This document shows, one piece after another, positions 39,096 to 52,029 of a DNA stretch of 64,000 bases. A program made the position numbers and the translations under genes. Position 1 is the first letter of the stretch, and each line of letters starts with the position of its first letter. The DNA is taken from positions 43,338,001 to 43,402,000 of the forward strand of contig NC_042999.1 in assembly GCF_006345805.1 (NCBI RefSeq), in the 5' to 3' direction. The stretch comes from Octopus sinensis (Eukaryota). The notes beneath the pieces are model-generated. The model worked only from the letters and a program-made list of their open reading frames with translations, ran no database searches and was not told the origin of the DNA.

Positions 39096-40496
39096 CAATA
39101 ATGATGTGAAGGTCAATGTGCTCAGCTAATTTACAATACAGACAAGCATTCAAACGTTATAAACTATAAAGCTTAGGTGTTAAATGCATATGAACAAGGC
39201 ACATCATTCTACTTGCTTCAGTCAGCAAGTCTGACAAAGCATTGACAAAGAGCAGATTGGATTTCTTTAATAGTTGGATGCTTAACAATAGAAAAGACAT
39301 CCAGCTGTAAAAGTAATTTGCAAAAACAATATGCAAAAGCAATGAGCTGAAGAAGAAGGAAAAAAAAAAAAAAGAACTATCTTATTCATGGTAGCATCAA
39401 TGGAAATACATGCAACAGATGCGTGTGTGTAAGCATGTATGACTGTATTGAACAAAATAAGGCTTAGTCTTATGATGGTATACAAAGATGTTGTCAACCT
39501 GCAAAACAATGCAGGTAATTCAGTGTTCAAACAAAAGGACCAACAATTTAATCCAGGTGAGAGAATCTCACAAGACCACACTTCTCATAATGCATACATA
39601 ATTTTGCAAACAAAAATCATTTTAATTAATTGTACCATCACTTTCTTGAGTTCAAAGCACATGTACTAAAACTACAGGATAATCCAGTAGTACACCAGCA
39701 GATTACATAAGATTATTTCTGTTACCATAGCAATACCTCATGAGCAATTAAAACTAATCCAATCAAGTGAAAAAAATACATAATTATGATACAGTGATGT
39801 GCACCTGAGTAATGAAAAGATCTAAAAACTAAAAACAAAAAACAAAAAAACAAAGGCCATGTTTATGAGAAAACATATAGTCAAGATGGCTGAAAAACTA
39901 AAAATAAAATTAATAAAAACTTGGAAAAAGTTTAAACAGCAAAGAAAAAAAAACAAAGCTAAATTCAATATGAACATAATCCACACTAATCCACAGCTTA
40001 AGGCCAAATAATAGGATGAGAAGACACATCAACATGAATGAAGAGGAGAAAAAGAGAGAGAGAGACTAATATATGTCAAAGAAACAACATAGGAATGAAG
40101 ACTCATGGGAGTTATTTTTCGTCTTCAGTTAGTTCTTTGAAGTACCATCCAGTCCATCATTCCTGCTGCTGCTATTAACAACAATAACAGCAGCAGCATC
40201 CTTAATTTGTTTGGGGTTTTTGTTTTGTTTTGTTTCGTTTTGTTTTTTTTTTATGCAGAAGACAGCATGGAATTTTTAAGACAGTCATTTATCAATTTAA
40301 ACAGTCGAAGAAATGGAGGTAAAGTCAGTTCAATTGGAAAACTGAATTTTTGAGTGAGAGCACTTCATTTTAACACACACACACACACACTCACAAACAC
40401 AAACAAGCAAACCAAAAAAAAAACAAAACAAATTCTAGAAACTGAAGAATAATAGAGATTAGTAAAAAAAAAAAAAAAACAAGAACTAAGAAAATA

Positions 40497-40574
40497 ATTA
40501 TTTACATTATTTACATTTGACAGATATTTGTCCTCATCTTGTTTGTTGCTAACACAACATTTCCGCTGGTATGC
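40497..40574 (-). mobile_element. Truncated Penelope-like arm (same family as 48969-49059)
   Basis: ATTATTTACATTTGACAGATATTTGTCCTCATCTTGTTTGTTGCTAACACAAC is near-identical to 48969-49021. Confidence 0.75.
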
Positions 40575-41103
40575 AAGAAATAATTAACAAACAATTTGCT
40601 GGCTCAAATGTTACAAACGAATTTCTCACTTTTCATTCATTGAATAGATTTAGATAACAACAATCAGATTTAATTTGTTAAATGTGAACAGTTCCCAGAG
40701 TTGAACCTACTTTCTCCCTTGCAACATATCTACTACAGTTTAAATAGTGGCTTTTGGATTATAACCCTGGTCAGTACTGTTTAAGATTTTGTGCCACATT
40801 CAGATTACTCATTCAAATGTAATGCCTGTTTATCCACATTCATCATCATCATCATCATCATTTAGCGTCCGTTTTCCATGCTAGCATGGGTTTTGAATTA
40901 ATCATGCATTACTTCATGGCTTCGAAATGTCCATGATGTGATTGGTAGTTTTAGGATGACATTGTAGGATAGGTGTAAGAGGCTGGGTTTGATCAGTTTG
41001 GACATAAATCAGGTAGAATATTTGGGTTACCTTTGACTACTTTAAATGTTCAAAGCCTTGCCACAGAATGAACACTTTGAACAAAACATGTATTTAGTCA
41101 TTA

Positions 41104-41281
41104 GTATTCTGCCTTTATCATTAGCACATTGTTCAATAGAACAGCCAACGAGAGCCCTTATGCAGCCACTTGGCCTGCTAGAAATATCACCCGTATTCTG
41201 CTTTTATCGTTAGCACATTGTTCAATAGAACAGCCAACGAGAGCCCTTATGCAGCCACTTGGCCTGCTAGAAATATCACCC
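41104..41281 (+). repeat. 89-bp tandem duplication
   Basis: 41104-41192 and 41193-41281 differ at two positions. Confidence 0.95.
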
Positions 41282-41773
41282 AAATCTCCATCAAATTATA
41301 CCCTACTAGGACACATTTGATACTCCTAAAAATATGAGACACTCACAACTGAAATGCCATTGATTGGTACATTTGGGTAGAACTAACCTGGAACTGAATA
41401 GCAACATCTTACAACAACACAGTCCCCATTTTTAAAAATTAGCAATGGACCTACTTTCTTCATATAGCAATAAAAGGAAAATAATAAGTAAAACACATAT
41501 AGAATCATCAACATCATCATTTTAAGTCCACATTTCCATTGCTTGCAAGAGTCATGTAAAATTTGTTGAGGCAGATTTTTTCACAGCCAGATGCCCTCCC
41601 TATTACCAATCTTCAGCTGTTTCCAAGCAACTACCCTGTAACTAGACATGTTTTTCACAGAAGACTGTAAATAAACAACGTTGCTAGCATGACAATGATT
41701 CTAAACAAGGCTACACACATACACAAGCACACACACACACACACACACACACATTGGGCCTCTTTCAGTTTCT

Positions 41774-42189
41774 TATTTCTTTACTGCCCACAAGGGCCTA
41801 AACATAGAGGGGACAAACAAGGACAGACAAAGGGATTAAGCCGATTGGATCGACCCCAGTGCATAACTAGTACTTAATTTATCGACCCTGAAAGGATGAA
41901 AGGCAAAGTCGAACTCAGCGGAATTTGAACTCAGAACGTAACGGGAGACGAAATACCTATTTCTTTACTACCCACAAGGGGCTAAACACAGAGAGGACAA
42001 ACAAGGACAGACAAGCGGATTAAGTCGATTATATCGACCCCAGTGTGTAACTGGTACTTATTTAATTGACCCCGAAAGGATGAAAGGCAAAAGTCGACCT
42101 CAGCGGAATTTGAACTCAGAACGTAACAGCAGACGAAATACCGCTAAGCATTTCGCCCGGTGTGCTAACGTTTCTGCCAGCTCGCCACC
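41774..42189 (-). mobile_element. SINE-B dimer with 13-bp TSD, inserted in a SINE-D (about 41515-42335)
   Basis: TSD TCTTTCAGTTTCT at 41761-41773 and 42190-42202. Two monomers joined at GACGAAATAC|CTATTTC. Confidence 0.95.
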
Positions 42190-43399
42190 TCTTTCAGTTT
42201 CTATCTACCAAATCTACTCACAAGGCTTTGGTCAGCCTAGGGCCATAATAGAAGACATAGTGCTATGCAGTAGGACTGAAGACCTCATAGTTGGGAAGCA
42301 AGCTTCTTACCCACACAGCCATGCCCACACCTATAGAAATACTGAATTTTTAAAATACATGACGTGCATGTGTTAGCTAATGCTCTGCTGAAGAGTAAAT
42401 ACTCCAATGACAGCATTTGAGCTAAACATTGCAACATTTGAATTTACTGAGTAAACATTTCATCCTGTTCAACAGATGTTTACAACACCAATAAAATGTT
42501 ATATGGATATAACTATTGTTTTAAAGCTATTTTTCCTGCTAAAGTTGGAGTCAAACTAGCAGAGCCCATGACAGTTTTCTCCATTTTGCTTTACCCTCTA
42601 CATCCCCACCTTAACAACCTCCTTCAATTTCTCCTCAACCATTTTCAGCTATGTCTTTCTCGGTCTTCCTCTGCTATTTACTTCCTATATCCATTTCCGT
42701 CACTTACCACCCATCTTCCCTTAGCACATGATCCAACTATTTTCTTTGCATAACATCTATTACTGGCTGTCTTTATAGTGTGTGTGTGTGTGTGTGTACA
42801 TTTTATTTTAATATACCGTAAAACCTATGTAATTTGCGCAACTGTGTAATTTACGCAGGTGATTTTCAGAATGAAAATTGTTAAGAAGAGCTTCTACTTG
42901 TGTAAAATTCACACCCGAAAGTTTTCAGAATGGCCAGGGGGAAAAGGTTTTCAGTTTAGTTGTATTTAGCATAATTTCACTTACTTATGATTAGATTTTA
43001 TTAAATTTTCATTAAATAAAAATAATTTCTGTTTAACAGGTATCATATTGAAAGCTATTAAATTACAAAGTGTTTGTGTTGTTTAAACTTTATTTTACAT
43101 TTCTTGCTCACAAGAGATTATGTCCGATCTTTAGCATACTTCTGTATGTCTTCTCAAATCACAATCACAAGAAAAGATGGATATAATTCTTATCAACAAA
43201 AACAAAGCTGATAAATACACACAAGTGTTGCAAAATAAGTTTAATTACCAATAAACATCAGCTAGGATGACAATTTATCAACCAGACACAACAGAATATT
43301 CTTCAACACACTAACTCACATAAAGAATCTTGCAAACCAAATCCAAAGCCGAAATAAAAAAAAAAAAACAATATACTAATTACCCTTGTAAATGTTTAA

Positions 43400-43619
43400 C
43401 CATTTAGCATTCAGATTATGATGTCAAATGTAATGCTTATTTATTTACCCAGTTTTAAATTAATCATGCATTATCTCATAGCTCTGAAATGTTGATCATG
43501 TGATTATTCATTTTTAGAGTGACATGGTAGGGTAAGTGCAAGAGGCTGGATCTAACCAATTTGAATATAAAATGGGTAGAATATTTGAGTCAGATATGGT
43601 TAGTTTAAACGCTAAATGG
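43400..43619. mobile_element. piggyBac-type MITE family 1, best-preserved ends
   Basis: TTAA (43396-43399) CCATTTAGCATT ... AACGCTAAATGG TTAA (43620-43623). Further partial copies at about 7713, 15718, 30185, 40795 and 63330. Confidence 0.88.
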
Positions 43620-43759
43620 TTAAAACTAAGTAACAATACACATGTAGTTTCAAGTTTTGATTCCACTGCATGGTAACCCAGCAAGGATCAGCTACCATAG
43701 CTTAACCATTTCAGACCTGGGCTCCTGAGCAAAAAAATAAATAGTTGCATATACATCCT

Positions 43760-44100
43760 ACTTAAATGCTGGCATGGGTTGGATGGTTTGATATGAGCTG
43801 GCCAAGCAGTGGCCTGCACCATACTTCTGTGACTGTTTTGGCAGGAAGTTTACGGTTGGATGCCCTTCCTAACACCAACCACCCAGGAGTGTAGACTGAA
43901 TGCTTTTTACATGGCACAAGAAAAGACAAGGTCACTTTAGCATGGTTTTTATAGCTGGATGCCCTTCCAAACGTCAACCACTTTAGTGTGGACTGGATGT
44001 TTCTTAAGTGACACCAGCACTGGCAGGGTCACCAAGTAACTTGCAAGACAAAGATCCTTTGAGAAGGGAGGGAGCATTGGAGGAGGGGATCTTGCTCAAG
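43760..44100 (-). mobile_element. Two SINE-C remnants in tandem
   Basis: TGGATGCCCTTCCTAACACCAACCAC occurs at about 43858 and again (variant) at about 43957. Confidence 0.75.
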
Positions 44101-44574
44101 GAGTAACGGCTGTAGGTAAACTAATTGACAGAATCGGTTGCATCTTGTTTTTCTACACGTGTTGTTTATTACCACTTTACTATGAATCTGGCAGACATGA
44201 TGTTTAACCTATCGCCACTATAGCAGAAACACAGCATGACAAGCTTAACGTTGACTCAAACCTTGTGAATGAAAGTGAGTGGACTCAATACATTGTGAAA
44301 GCCCATCAGATGGAGGGCATAATTTTTGAGGATAATAGACACTCTGCATTCAAGTTTAATGCTACCAAAATCTGCCCTTGGTTACCTTTGGCAGAGTCCA
44401 CTACATTTCAAACGTTCAAATCAGGAACAGGCTCTTTTCTCTCTTCCCCTCTCATCTTCATCACCACCCACAGGACAAGGAAACTCCAAAAATCACACAG
44501 CAGAAAGTAGAAAATGCCACTGAGCACTGATGAGTAATGTTTTAAAGGAATCACAATTTCTTTTGAAAGTTGTA

Positions 44575-45065
44575 CTAAAATGTATGTGTGTGTATTTATA
44601 CACACACATTCATATATATGCACACTATATACATACACACACTATATACATACGCTATATATATATACATACACTATATACACCTACACTATATGCACTA
44701 TATATACACTATATACACCATTTACATATACACTATATACATATGCACACTAAATACATACGCTATATACATATATACATACGCACACTAAAATGCATGT
44801 GTGTGTATTTATACACAAACACACACACACACACACACACATTCATACACACGCACACTATTTACCCGGGTAGGTCTAACATAAAGCGACAGAACCCATG
44901 ATTTGATTGAAATGCATGTGCTTCACTGGCTTCATATGAATAAAAATACAAGAACTGAAAAAGCAAAATCACTAACTCAAATGTTTATCCTGTTTACTAA
45001 GTGAATTCTGTCTTGAGATGTGTTCATGTGTGTGTGACAGCACACATGCAGAGAAGCAATGTGGA

Positions 45066-45104
<39 letters not shown>

Positions 45105-45350
45105 ATGTGTATAAAGGTAGGGTGTTGTATGTACTTATACACGTGTGTGTGTGTGTGTGTGTGTGTGTACATAAATATGTGTATATATACATAAATGTGT
45201 GTGTGTGTGTGTGTACATAAATGTGTGTGTGTGTACATGAATGTGTGTATTTATACATAAATGTGTGTGTGTGTATATGCACACACATGGTGTATGAATG
45301 TACATATGAGCATATGTGCTTTTATATGAAAATATGCATGCATGCATGCA
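44575..45350. repeat. Complex (CA)/(TA)/(TG) low-complexity arrays
   Basis: Directly visible; source of the HT/YI-rich ORFs. Confidence 0.93.
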
Positions 45351-45499
45351 TGCAAAAATAGGAGTAAGAATGAAAGGGGGAAAAAAAAAATTTTAAGGGG
45401 AGGGGGTGAAGAGGAGGAAAAAAATTAGAAAATAAACGGAGAGAAGAGTAAAGTAGGAAAAAGAGAAAAGTGTTAAATCAAAACTAAGATGAATTCCAT

Positions 45500-46003
45500 T
45501 AGAGAGAGAGGGAAAGACAGAGAGAGAGAGAGAGAGAGAGAAGGGGTAAAGAGAAAAGAAAAGGAAGCTGCTGCAGAGATATATATATAAAAAAAAAAAA
45601 AGATTATTGCTGAAAAGCTTATCCATTCTCAGGAAATCTTAAAATGCTATTTCTAAGCCAGTTATGTCACCAGTGGCAACAGGTAGCCTTAATCAGAGAA
45701 ATCAATCAGAGAGAAGGAGGGAGAGAGAGAGAAGGAGGAAGAGAGAGATGGATAGAGAGGAGGGAGAGAGAGATGGATAGAGATAGAGAAAGAAATTCGA
45801 AGAAGATGGATAGAAATAGAAATAAAGCGGAGCAGAGACAGAGAAAGGAATGGATCAAGTGGTGGGTGGAAGGAGAGAGAGAGGTTGGTGGAGAGTGAAA
45901 GATGGGTGGAAAGAGAGAGAGAGAGAGAAAGAGAGAGATGGGTGGAGAGATGAAGATAGAGATGAGGGGGTGGACAGGGATGGAGGTGAGTTGTCAGAGG
46001 GAT

Positions 46004-46034
<31 letters not shown>

Positions 46035-46270
46035 TGGGTGGAGAGATGGAGATAGAGATGAGGGGGTGGACAGGGATGGAGGTGAGTTGTCAAAGGGATG
46101 GATAGAGAGAGATGGGAATAGGCTGAGAGAGAGAGAGAGAGAGAGAGATGGAGGAAAAAAATGAGGTAGATAGAAACAAGGTAGAAAGAAACGGACAAAT
46201 AGATAGGGAGAGACAGGAAGAGAGAAACGGGGACAGACAGAAAGCTAAGGGAGGCGGGGGGGGGGGGGAG
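45500..46270 (+). repeat. Homopurine GA-rich tract with an internal 96-bp duplication
   Basis: GATGGGTGGAGAGATG..GGACAGGGATGGAGGTGAGTTGTCA starts at 45937 and again at 46033. Confidence 0.9.
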
Positions 46271-46584
46271 AGAACTGGAGAGATACATGGAAAGTTTCTT
46301 TCTACCTCAAACCACAGATTACAGACAAGGCATAACAAAACTAACTTACTGAAAATGCAAAGAAATAAAAAAAGGAACGATATAAATACATACAAATCAA
46401 AAAAGATTGGAACAGCTTTCTTTGCAGATATTTGAATTGATTACATTTTCCACCATAAAAGAGGGGAATGAAGAAGACAAAGGAGAGGCCAGTTCAAATG
46501 GAATCATCACCCAAGAGAAATGAGTTTAAGCAGCTACATTTCATAAGGAGACATATTTATCTTTTCATCAGAAACTCTACTCTA

Positions 46585-46660
46585 ATGCAGACATAAACAC
46601 ACACACACATTTATACATACAAATATACACATACATGTGTATATACAAACACACACGAAT

Positions 46661-46716
<56 letters not shown>

Positions 46717-47170
46717 CATACACACACACACACACAAATACAAAAAACATATACAACACATACATATATACAAACACAAATACAAAAAACATATATACAC
46801 ATACATATATACAAACACAAATATGCACATATATACACACAAATACATAGATATCCACATACAAATACACAAATACATATATACATACAAATACACACAA
46901 ATACACATATATATATACATACAAATACACATACATAAACCCACATATACACACATACATATACACAAATACACACACACAAATACCCAATACACAGTTT
47001 TTTAATCATGTTTTGCACACATATACATATACACACACGCACACACTAATACAGACATGTATGTAGACATACAGAAGGATTGAAATACATAGACACACAT
47101 GTACATGACAGCTACACACAAACACACACATAGACAGATGCACACATACCCAGACACATATACACACCAA
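46585..47170. repeat. CA/TA-rich cryptic microsatellite
   Basis: Degenerate ATACAC/ACAAAT units. Confidence 0.92.
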
Positions 47171-48968
47171 TTCCATTGCATATCACCTAAGGCTAGTGTC
47201 TTCAACCAGTTTCATAAACAAACTCTGTAGAAACCCATCAAAATAACTATACATGTATTTTGAAGGGTCAGCTTTGTTGCACACTGTATTATACATATGT
47301 GCATATATGTATGCAAATGTTGACAGCTCACAGCTTCACTTGTCACTACCTAAGCCAAACAGGGACATGGTGTTAACACTCCTTGCTGACATTATGACCA
47401 GAAGTTCTGTGCTTTGGAAAATCAGTGGAATAATGAAAAAAAAAAAAAAAAATCATTATTTGAAAAACAGGTAAGTGTTGGTGACAGGAAGAGCATCTTG
47501 CCATAAAGTATTATCTCAAATAAGTCTCTGCTAATCCCATGGGAAAATGAATGCAATGGGCTTCTTTCAGTTTCCACCTACTAAATTTACTCACAATTTG
47601 GCTGAAGTAGAAGACACCAGCGCCAAATGCAGCAGGACTGAACCCACACCCTGCGATTGTGAAGGGAACTCCTCAGCCACACACCATGCCTATAAAGAAC
47701 TGTGTGAACCAGAAGAAAAGAGTATTCAATAATACTATCTATTGAAGGTTTAAATTCGATAAGATTAGGAAACAGGAGACTCGGAGTAACAGCTGGTGAA
47801 AGTTTCAACTTACAGTAAGCAAGATAAAACTATATATATATATATATATATGGTTTTATTTGTTCTTTATGCAACTATTTTGGAACTGTAACATACTGAA
47901 CATATATGTAATACTCCTTTTTTTGAGAACACTGTATACGGAAGGACTGACAATAGTCAAATAATGGAACTGCCATCCAAAGATCAGAAACGTAAAACTC
48001 AAGAGTAATGGTTAGTGAAGCTTTCAGTTTATATATATATGTTTGTGTGTGTGTGTGTATATATACACACACACATATGCTCCCATGTATAAATTTATGT
48101 ATACAAATACACAGATTAATGTTATTGCATAGTAAAACAGTTTGAGATATATATATATGTATATATATGGAAGAAACACAGAAACTCCTTAGAGAGGAAA
48201 ATGATATATCGTGATATTCATAAACTTTTTTGCTGTTGTTTATATTACTTTGTTCCAATAATACAAAATCTACCAAATAAAAACACACCAAGACAACTTG
48301 ATAGATTCTGTACAAGAATTAAATGACTTCTGAGATTTCCTTGGATTCAGTAAGAATATCGAGAAAAATAAAAGAAAAAATATAAATATATTCAGCAACA
48401 AAAAATACATATAACTTGACAGAATCCTGTGTCAATATTTTTATTATATACATTATTCTTTTTTTTGCTATAAGCTGATAACGATGCAGACATGCATGCA
48501 CACACACACATGTGCATCTGTATATGTGTGCATGTCATGCAGTACCAAATTACATGTGTATGTTTAATAAAGAATGCAAATAAATGTACCCAAGTGCAAA
48601 CTCTTTAACATCCATCTTTCCATATTAAGACAGATAAGATGAATTTAGTAATATAGTAGTAGGAAGGGGGCTTTTTTTTTCTTTCTTTTTTTTTTCACGG
48701 GTGGGTGCCTTTTCTGTAACCAACTACAACTGCTTAAGTACACAGCTAAAATTGATTTGTCGATTCTAGCTAAAGCAAAATGAACTCATCAAGGAGCAAA
48801 CTATAACAGCCACAGCAAAAGTTGAACTTATCACCAAGAGCTCTGCAAACCAGCTTCTTAACCTCAGGTGTCGTATCACTAATACACATTCAACCAAATA
48901 CATGATTATGCATATCGTCAAGTGCATTCTTATTCCATTTTTCCTTGTGTGCATATACACAAATTAGC

Positions 48969-49282
48969 ATTATTTACATTCGACAGATATTTGTCCTCAT
49001 CTTGTTTGTTGTTAACACAACGTTTCAGCTGATATGCCCTCCCACCTTCTTCAGGTGTCCTGGAGAAATTTCAAACCTGGGTTCTCATTCCTAAGGTACT
49101 TTTCAATGTATATTATTATTATTATTGTTCAGGTCACTGCTTGGAATCAAACTCAGAATCTTGGGGTTAGTACCCCACACTCTTAACCACTACACCATAT
49201 GCCCAAGACACCTGAAAAGGCTGGAAAGTATATCAGCCAAAACACTCAAGATGAGAACAAATATCTGTTGAATGTAAATAAT
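48969..49282 (-). mobile_element. Fold-back composite: inverted Penelope-like arms flanking a tRNA-derived head
   Basis: Arms 48969-49059 and 49207-49282 are imperfect inverted repeats. The minus-strand interior has an A box (TGGTGTAGTGG) and a B-box-like GAGTTTGATTCC, followed by (AAT)n. Confidence 0.75.
49014..49059 (-). ncRNA. Minimal type-I hammerhead-ribozyme-like motif (degenerate)
   Basis: Minus strand reads GACAC CUGAAGA A-GGUGG..CAGCU GAAAC GUU GUGUU. Core CUGANGA and GAAA present; stem I GACAC/GUGUU; loopless palindromic stem III; stem II mismatched. Confidence 0.5.
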
Positions 49283-50229
49283 ATAAATAATGTATATAAT
49301 TCCCCATCTCTTAAATATAGAACTAAATTAGCATCAGTTTACATAAAGTGTTAAGGCAGTATTGTATTATTCACTTTCTCAATGTCCAAAGTTTAAACCC
49401 CACTGAAGTCAAACTTGCCTTTCATCTCTATGAACAACAGCTGTCACTCACAAACAAGTATGACAAGGTAGCATGTACCATGCTTTTGTTAATTTTTTTA
49501 GATGCTTATATAATCATGTACAGAAACAGTCATTTTCTTGGCCTTTTCATCACTGACCACAGTAGAACATCAACATTGTGACAGCTGGGGAGAGAAAGAG
49601 AGCATTGTACCAGCACTGAGACGGTATTCATTTCAGCTGAGTAGATTAAAACCACATGAAATGAAGTACCTTGCACTAAATTAAATACCAGTAATACAGT
49701 CAGTGGAACTGATTCAATCAATGATCAGAGTCTATGCAAGACCAAATACTAAATGCCAGAGATGTTTCTTACTTCATGTGGGAATAGCTAAAATATGAGG
49801 AAGTAACTGAAACCAAAAAAAAAACTAGCCTACTCAATAATGATTATAAATCTATCAAATGTGGTTGCAAAAATTATCAGAAACACATTACATAGATTAG
49901 GACAGAGGAAGATTATGCATTTCAGATTTGTCCAGCTCAAGCTATTAGAAGAGATTAATAAAAAAACAATTATTCAATGATTACACAAAAAAATCCAACA
50001 AATTTTGTGACAGTTAAATTGACAATATTTAGGCAAAAGGCCACAAATTCTAGAGCCGAGTATACTCAAAACAGTTATATTTAGGCAAAATGCCACAGAG
50101 TGTAATGAATTATATGTTCTACATTTAGGTAAAAACCCAAGTTTAGGGTAAGTGTATAGATAATTTAAATGAACCTGTTACTATACTGCTTTTCATCCTT
50201 AAATGTTCAAAACATATACAAGGCAGAAA

Positions 50230-50832
50230 CGATGCCAATCAAAATGCTTAACAGTATTTTGTCTGCCACTATGTTCTGAGTTCAAATTACGCCGAGGTTG
50301 ACTTTGCCTTTCATCCGTTCGGGGTCGATAAATTAAGTACCAGTTACGCACTGGGGTCGATATAATTGCCTTAATCCATTTGTCTGTCCTTGTTTGTCCC
50401 TTCTGTGTTTAGCCCCTTGTGAGTAGTAAAGAAATAGGTATTTCTTCATATGTCTTTATGTTAGGTGCAGGAGTGGCTGTGTGGTAAGTAGCTTGCTTAC
50501 CAACCACATGTTTTCAGGTTGATTCCCACTGCGTGGCACCTTGGGCCGACCAAAGCCTTGTGAGTGGATTTGGTAGACGGAAACTGAAAAGAGCCTGTCG
50601 TATGTGTGTGTATGTATATATATGTTTGTGTGTCTGTGTTTGCCCCCCCCCCCCACATTGCTTGACAACTGATGATAGTGTGTTTGCGTCACCCGTAACT
50701 TAGCGCTTCAGCAAAAGAGACCAATAGAATAAGTACCAGGCTTACAAGGAATAAGTCCTGGGCTCGATTTGCTCGACTAAAGGCAGTGCTCCAGCATGGC
50801 CGCAGTCAAATGACTGAAACAAGTAAAAGAGT
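50230..50832 (+). mobile_element. SINE-B (50230-50444) followed by a full SINE-A (50464-50832)
   Basis: Both match the other well-preserved copies. Confidence 0.93.
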
Positions 50833-51390
50833 GGAAAAAAAAAAAAAAAACAGATCAAAACTGTGGAATTAAAATTCAGAACATAACGATATGACCAATA
50901 ACTGCAATGCATTTATTCTGGTGTTCTAAATAATCTGAAATCCTGCTAGATCCACAGCCACTTCTAATTTTGCAATAAAACAAAACAGCAGCAGCATACT
51001 TTTAATATCAGTAGATATCAGCCCACCATTGATGACCCATATTAAAATGTTCATACTTAAATTAAAAATTTTAATGAAAATCTTATAACATGAGATTTCA
51101 CTTGATCAACATTAACACCTATGTGTGTGTGTGTGTGTGAACATGTAAATGCTAGATGTTTTATTAATCCCAGCTCAAATCTTGTTTATATTGAAAATTA
51201 ATTAAAATACATATACAGTTTACTCATTACAAATACAGTCATGGAAAGGTAAATAGTGACCCACTGCTTTACTTTATTTATAGTTGCATTCCTTTACATT
51301 CCAAGTAGAAATATAGTCAGTATTGAATATCCCTTCCCAAAAATCAAACCACCCAACCAAAAGGATTTACATTGATTTACAAGAAAAATT

Positions 51391-51870
51391 ATCATCACCA
51401 TCATCATTTAACATCCACTTTTTTTTATACTCGCATTGGTCAAGCAAAATTTGTTGAGGTAGATTTTCTACAGCTGGATGCCCTCCCTGATGCCAACCCT
51501 CACCTGTTTCCAAGCAAGGTAATATTCGCCTCCCCCCCCCCACCTCTGACCAGACATGCTTTCACAGAAGATTGAAAATGAAGGATACCACTCACATGAC
51601 ATGACAATTGTTTACAACTATCATGCAATGTCAAAGCAAGGAGACAGCAACAAAAACACTCTTATACATACATATATACACTCTCACACACATATATATA
51701 TATAAATATGAAAAGCTTTCGGTTTCTGTCTACTAAATGCATTCACAAGACTTTGATCAGCCTGGGGCTATAATAGAAAACAACTCACCCAACATGGGAT
51801 GCAGTTGGACTGAACCCAAAACCATGTGGTACAGAAGCAGATTACATACCACATAGCCATATCTGCACCT
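51391..51870 (-). mobile_element. SINE family D, full length
   Basis: (CAT)n tail, GCAAAATTTGTTGAGGTAGATTTTCTACAGCTGGATGCCC, CA/TA core, A-type head. Confidence 0.88.
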
Positions 51871-52029
51871 TCAGTGATTAAAAAAAATTTTAAAAGATAG
51901 CACCAACAATATTAAATTTTAAAAAAATAGAGATTTCAATAAGTAAGCATGAGTTAGAAAGATTAGGATACTGCAGCATAAGGATTGCAAGATGGATTCA
52001 AGTTAAGCCAACCACCGAGAGTCCTAGGG

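Noticed and set aside
42833-42930. TACCGTAAA.. possible DNA-transposon end
   Set aside because: No matching second terminus was found.
44100-44420. Possible very old L2/CR1 remnant or exon
   Set aside because: Only vague resemblance (..TTFQTFK..); no diagnostic motif.
48768-48965. Open frame LKQNELIKEQTITATAKVELITKSS.. after a TAG acceptor
   Set aside because: Weak polypyrimidine tract and donor; no recognisable homology.
49130-49205. Functional tRNA gene
   Set aside because: Degenerate B box and stems; it is part of the composite repeat.
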